This document shows positions 62,036-64,000 of a DNA stretch of 64,000 nt, piece by piece. The notes beneath the pieces are model-generated. The model was not told the origin of the DNA. It worked only from the letters and a program-made list of their open reading frames with translations, and did no database searches. The position numbers and the translations under genes are program-made. Position 1 is the first letter of the stretch. Each line of letters starts with the position of its first letter. This DNA comes from Candidatus Micrarchaeota archaeon (lineage in GTDB: Archaea > Micrarchaeota > Micrarchaeia > Micrarchaeales > CABMGC01), in NCBI GenBank assembly GCA_028867025.1, contig JAGWHC010000001.1, forward strand, positions 574,595 to 638,594. The letters run 5' to 3'.

Positions 62036-63262
62036 TCACCTTTTCTTCGGCACTATCCACAGGTTCTGCATGCTTATCTTCGGAACCGCAGAGTGCCTGC
62101 CGTTGTCCAGCTTGTCGAGCAGTATCGATATGGCGATTTCCTTCACTATATCATTCTCTATGTCTGCAAGGTATTTAGATAGGAAGCTCGCCACGAAGAT
62201 GCGTTTCGCCTTCGCCTCGTCTATTCCCCTCGACATAAGGTAGAAGAGCGCCTCCTTATCAAGGGGTGCTGTTGCTGCGCTGTGCGACGCAAAGGCGACG
62301 TCCTTGCAGTCTATCGACATGTCGGGCAGCGGCTGTATCCTGGCATCGGGATCGAGCACGAGGCCCTTCTCCTCCACGTTCGAGTAGGAGCCGTTTGTGC
62401 CTTTGGACACCTTGGCATAGCCCTTGAGTATGCAGAACGACTTTCCTTTGAGCACAGCCCCGGTTTTCAGCATCGCCTTTGTCAGCTGGTTGGAATTAAG
62501 TATGAAGGTGTTGATGTCGAATTTCTGTTCAGCATTTCCGAGCACTATCTCGTTGACTAGCAGATCGCTTCCCCTGCCCGCGGCCTCAGCGAAAGTCGAC
62601 GACCTGGTTATCTTTCCGCCATTGTAGACGCAATTCAACCTTACCTTAGAGTCCTCCCCCGCGGAGACCCTGTTCAATGCGCCAACGCTTGTTTCCAGGC
62701 CCTCGTTGTGAAGCATATTAATCTCGACATTCGATTTTTCCCCCGCATTTACAACATGAAGCGGGGCGCTCATGCACACGGACTCCGAAGAGGAGCCAAA
62801 CCACTCGAAGAGGCTGAGTCGCGATCCGGGACCCGTGTTTACGACCACTTCTACCGGCGTGTTGGAGCTGTCGCACAGGAAGAGGAAGTTGAGCTTGGCT
62901 TCTTTCCCTTCAGGGACGTTCACTTCAACAATGGCCCCTGATCTTTTCGATATGTATCCGCCGAGCCTCTCCTCGAAGCCCGCCTTCGCATTCTCCTTGT
63001 ACTCCGCAGAGCTCTTGCTCGAAATCTTGACGAATTCGCTGTTTGACACAAGGCCGTCTTTTCCATTGTAGAGATCAAACCTCAGCCGGGACTCATCTGT
63101 TATCTCCTTTCTGAGTTCCTCTGATTCCGCACCATCTTTCTTTTCTGCACTCGAGAGTAGCGGGAAGGCCACCACGTACTTCTTGTAAAGCTCGGCTGTC
63201 TCGAAAGGCATCTGCTTGAAGCTCGCAATAGCTTGCTCTACAATGTTCTCCGCGTTCTCCAC
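62036..63262 (-). CDS. sufD: Fe-S cluster assembly protein SufD
   Basis: 408 aa beta-helix type sequence with C-terminal LDKEALFYLMSRGIDEAKAK. Confidence 0.8.
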   Translation of the reverse strand: MENAENIVEQAIASFKQMPFETAELYKKYVVAFPLLSSAEKKDGAESEELRKEITDESRLRFDLYNGKDGLVSNSEFVKISSKSSAEYKENAKAGFEERLGGYISKRSGAIVEVNVPEGKEAKLNFLFLCDSSNTPVEVVVNTGPGSRLSLFEWFGSSSESVCMSAPLHVVNAGEKSNVEINMLHNEGLETSVGALNRVSAGEDSKVRLNCVYNGGKITRSSTFAEAAGRGSDLLVNEIVLGNAEQKFDINTFILNSNQLTKAMLKTGAVLKGKSFCILKGYAKVSKGTNGSYSNVEEKGLVLDPDARIQPLPDMSIDCKDVAFASHSAATAPLDKEALFYLMSRGIDEAKAKRIFVASFLSKYLADIENDIVKEIAISILLDKLDNGRHSAVPKISMQNLWIVPKKR

Positions 63263-63280
63263 AGTTGTTACCTCTTGTTG

Positions 63281-64000
63281 CTAGCCTACAGAACCCGCCA
63301 TGTCCAGTTTGATCAATCGCTTAAGCTCAAGCGAGTACTCCATCGGAAGCACCTTTGTGAGGTCGTTGAGGAATCCAAGTATTATCATCGCAATCGCATC
63401 GCTTTCCGGTATGCCCCTGGACATGAGGTAGAACACCTCGTCCTCGCTTATCTTCCCGACCTTAGCCTCGTGGCTTATCATCGCGTCGTTTCTCTGTATG
63501 TCGACGTATGGGAAAGTATTTGTCTTCGCGTTCTCGTCCATCAGCAGCGCATCGCAGGTCGTGTTGACCTTGGCGTTCTCCGCCTCCTTGCTTACGTACA
63601 CAAGCCCGCGGAAGGTGGTGAGTCCGCTCCCTTTCGAGATGCTTTTAGAGACCATCCTTGAGGTGGTGTTTGGCGCGAGGTGATAAACTTTTCCGCCAGA
63701 ATCTTGTGTCTGCCCTTCTGCTGCAAGCGCGATGGACAGGATCTCGCCCTGAGCGTTCTTTTCCCTCAGATATATTGACGGATATTTCATGTTGATTTTA
63801 CTGCCTATATTCGCGTCAATCCAGGACATGTAACCGTTCTCATAAGTGTATGCTCTTTGAGTAACAAGATTGTAAACGTTTTTTGCCCAGTTCTGGATTG
63901 TTACATATTTGACCTTGGCGTTCTTGTGAACCACAATTTCTACAACCGCGGCATGCAGAGCATTAGCGGCATAAACAGGTGCGGTGCAGCCCTCTATGTA
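63281..64000 (-). CDS. sufB: Fe-S cluster assembly protein SufB (C-terminal part; gene continues past the right edge)
   Basis: ISHEAKVGKISEDEVFYLMSRGIPESDAIAMIILGF...LDMAGSVG. The reading frame stays open from 63934 to 64000. Confidence 0.85.
   Translation of the reverse strand, partial: YIEGCTAPVYAANALHAAVVEIVVHKNAKVKYVTIQNWAKNVYNLVTQRAYTYENGYMSWIDANIGSKINMKYPSIYLREKNAQGEILSIALAAEGQTQDSGGKVYHLAPNTTSRMVSKSISKGSGLTTFRGLVYVSKEAENAKVNTTCDALLMDENAKTNTFPYVDIQRNDAMISHEAKVGKISEDEVFYLMSRGIPESDAIAMIILGFLNDLTKVLPMEYSLELKRLIKLDMAGSVG

Noticed and set aside
60063-64000. The suf gene order B-D-C-S as a possible anomaly.
   Set aside because: The order differs from the sufCBDS arrangement I am used to, but all four genes are intact, contiguous and co-directional. 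I see no evidence of anything beyond ordinary operon shuffling.

Overview
Archaeal chromosomal window: roughly 50% GC by eye, tightly packed genes, TTTATATA-type promoters. Archaeal markers include an A-type ATPase, aIF5A, S24e/S27ae, an archaeal-type ThrRS, Hel308, and two FtsZ plus SepF. Lineage cannot be fixed without searches; a small-genome DPANN/Micrarchaeota-like or Thermoplasmata-like organism is only a guess.

Left ~16 kb: a cell-surface/glycosylation island. It holds five GT-C (PMT_2/ArnT-like) membrane glycosyltransferases, an NDP-sugar pyrophosphorylase and several secreted, sequon-rich proteins. Its centrepiece, and my top candidate for an undescribed system, is a 1012-aa protein with:
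- a class III (pilin-type) signal peptide and Ig-like modules;
- 60 T-N-A-x repeat units in three tracts separated by Cys-rich knots;
- a stand-alone C-terminal Hint (Hedgehog/intein-type) domain.
I read it as a self-processing, possibly self-anchoring and O-glycosylated fibre or adhesin.

Middle: tRNA-Val, an aminotransferase, a Dph6-like ligase, the complete atpHIKECFABD operon, nth, and Memo (AmmeMemoRadiSam B, whose radical-SAM partner lies 17 kb away). Then a NodU-like carbamoyltransferase, a Thr-nucleophile sulfatase-fold enzyme, and a cysD-cysN operon. That operon is invaded by an AT-rich free-standing LAGLIDADG endonuclease. It is headed by an RHH protein that carries the same C-terminal KLRALGY tail as CysD.

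Right: thrS, a second pilin-signal protein (Gly18 linker + LamG), a PadR/DUF5320-like pair, a Kelch propeller, an M23-like peptidase, HIT, ogt and tRNA-Thr. Then Hel308 with a LAGLIDADG intein, sepF, S27ae/S24e/aIF5A, tandem ftsZ, DNA ligase, membrane proteins and sufBDCS.

All calls rest on reading motifs in the supplied translations and sequence; no database search was run.
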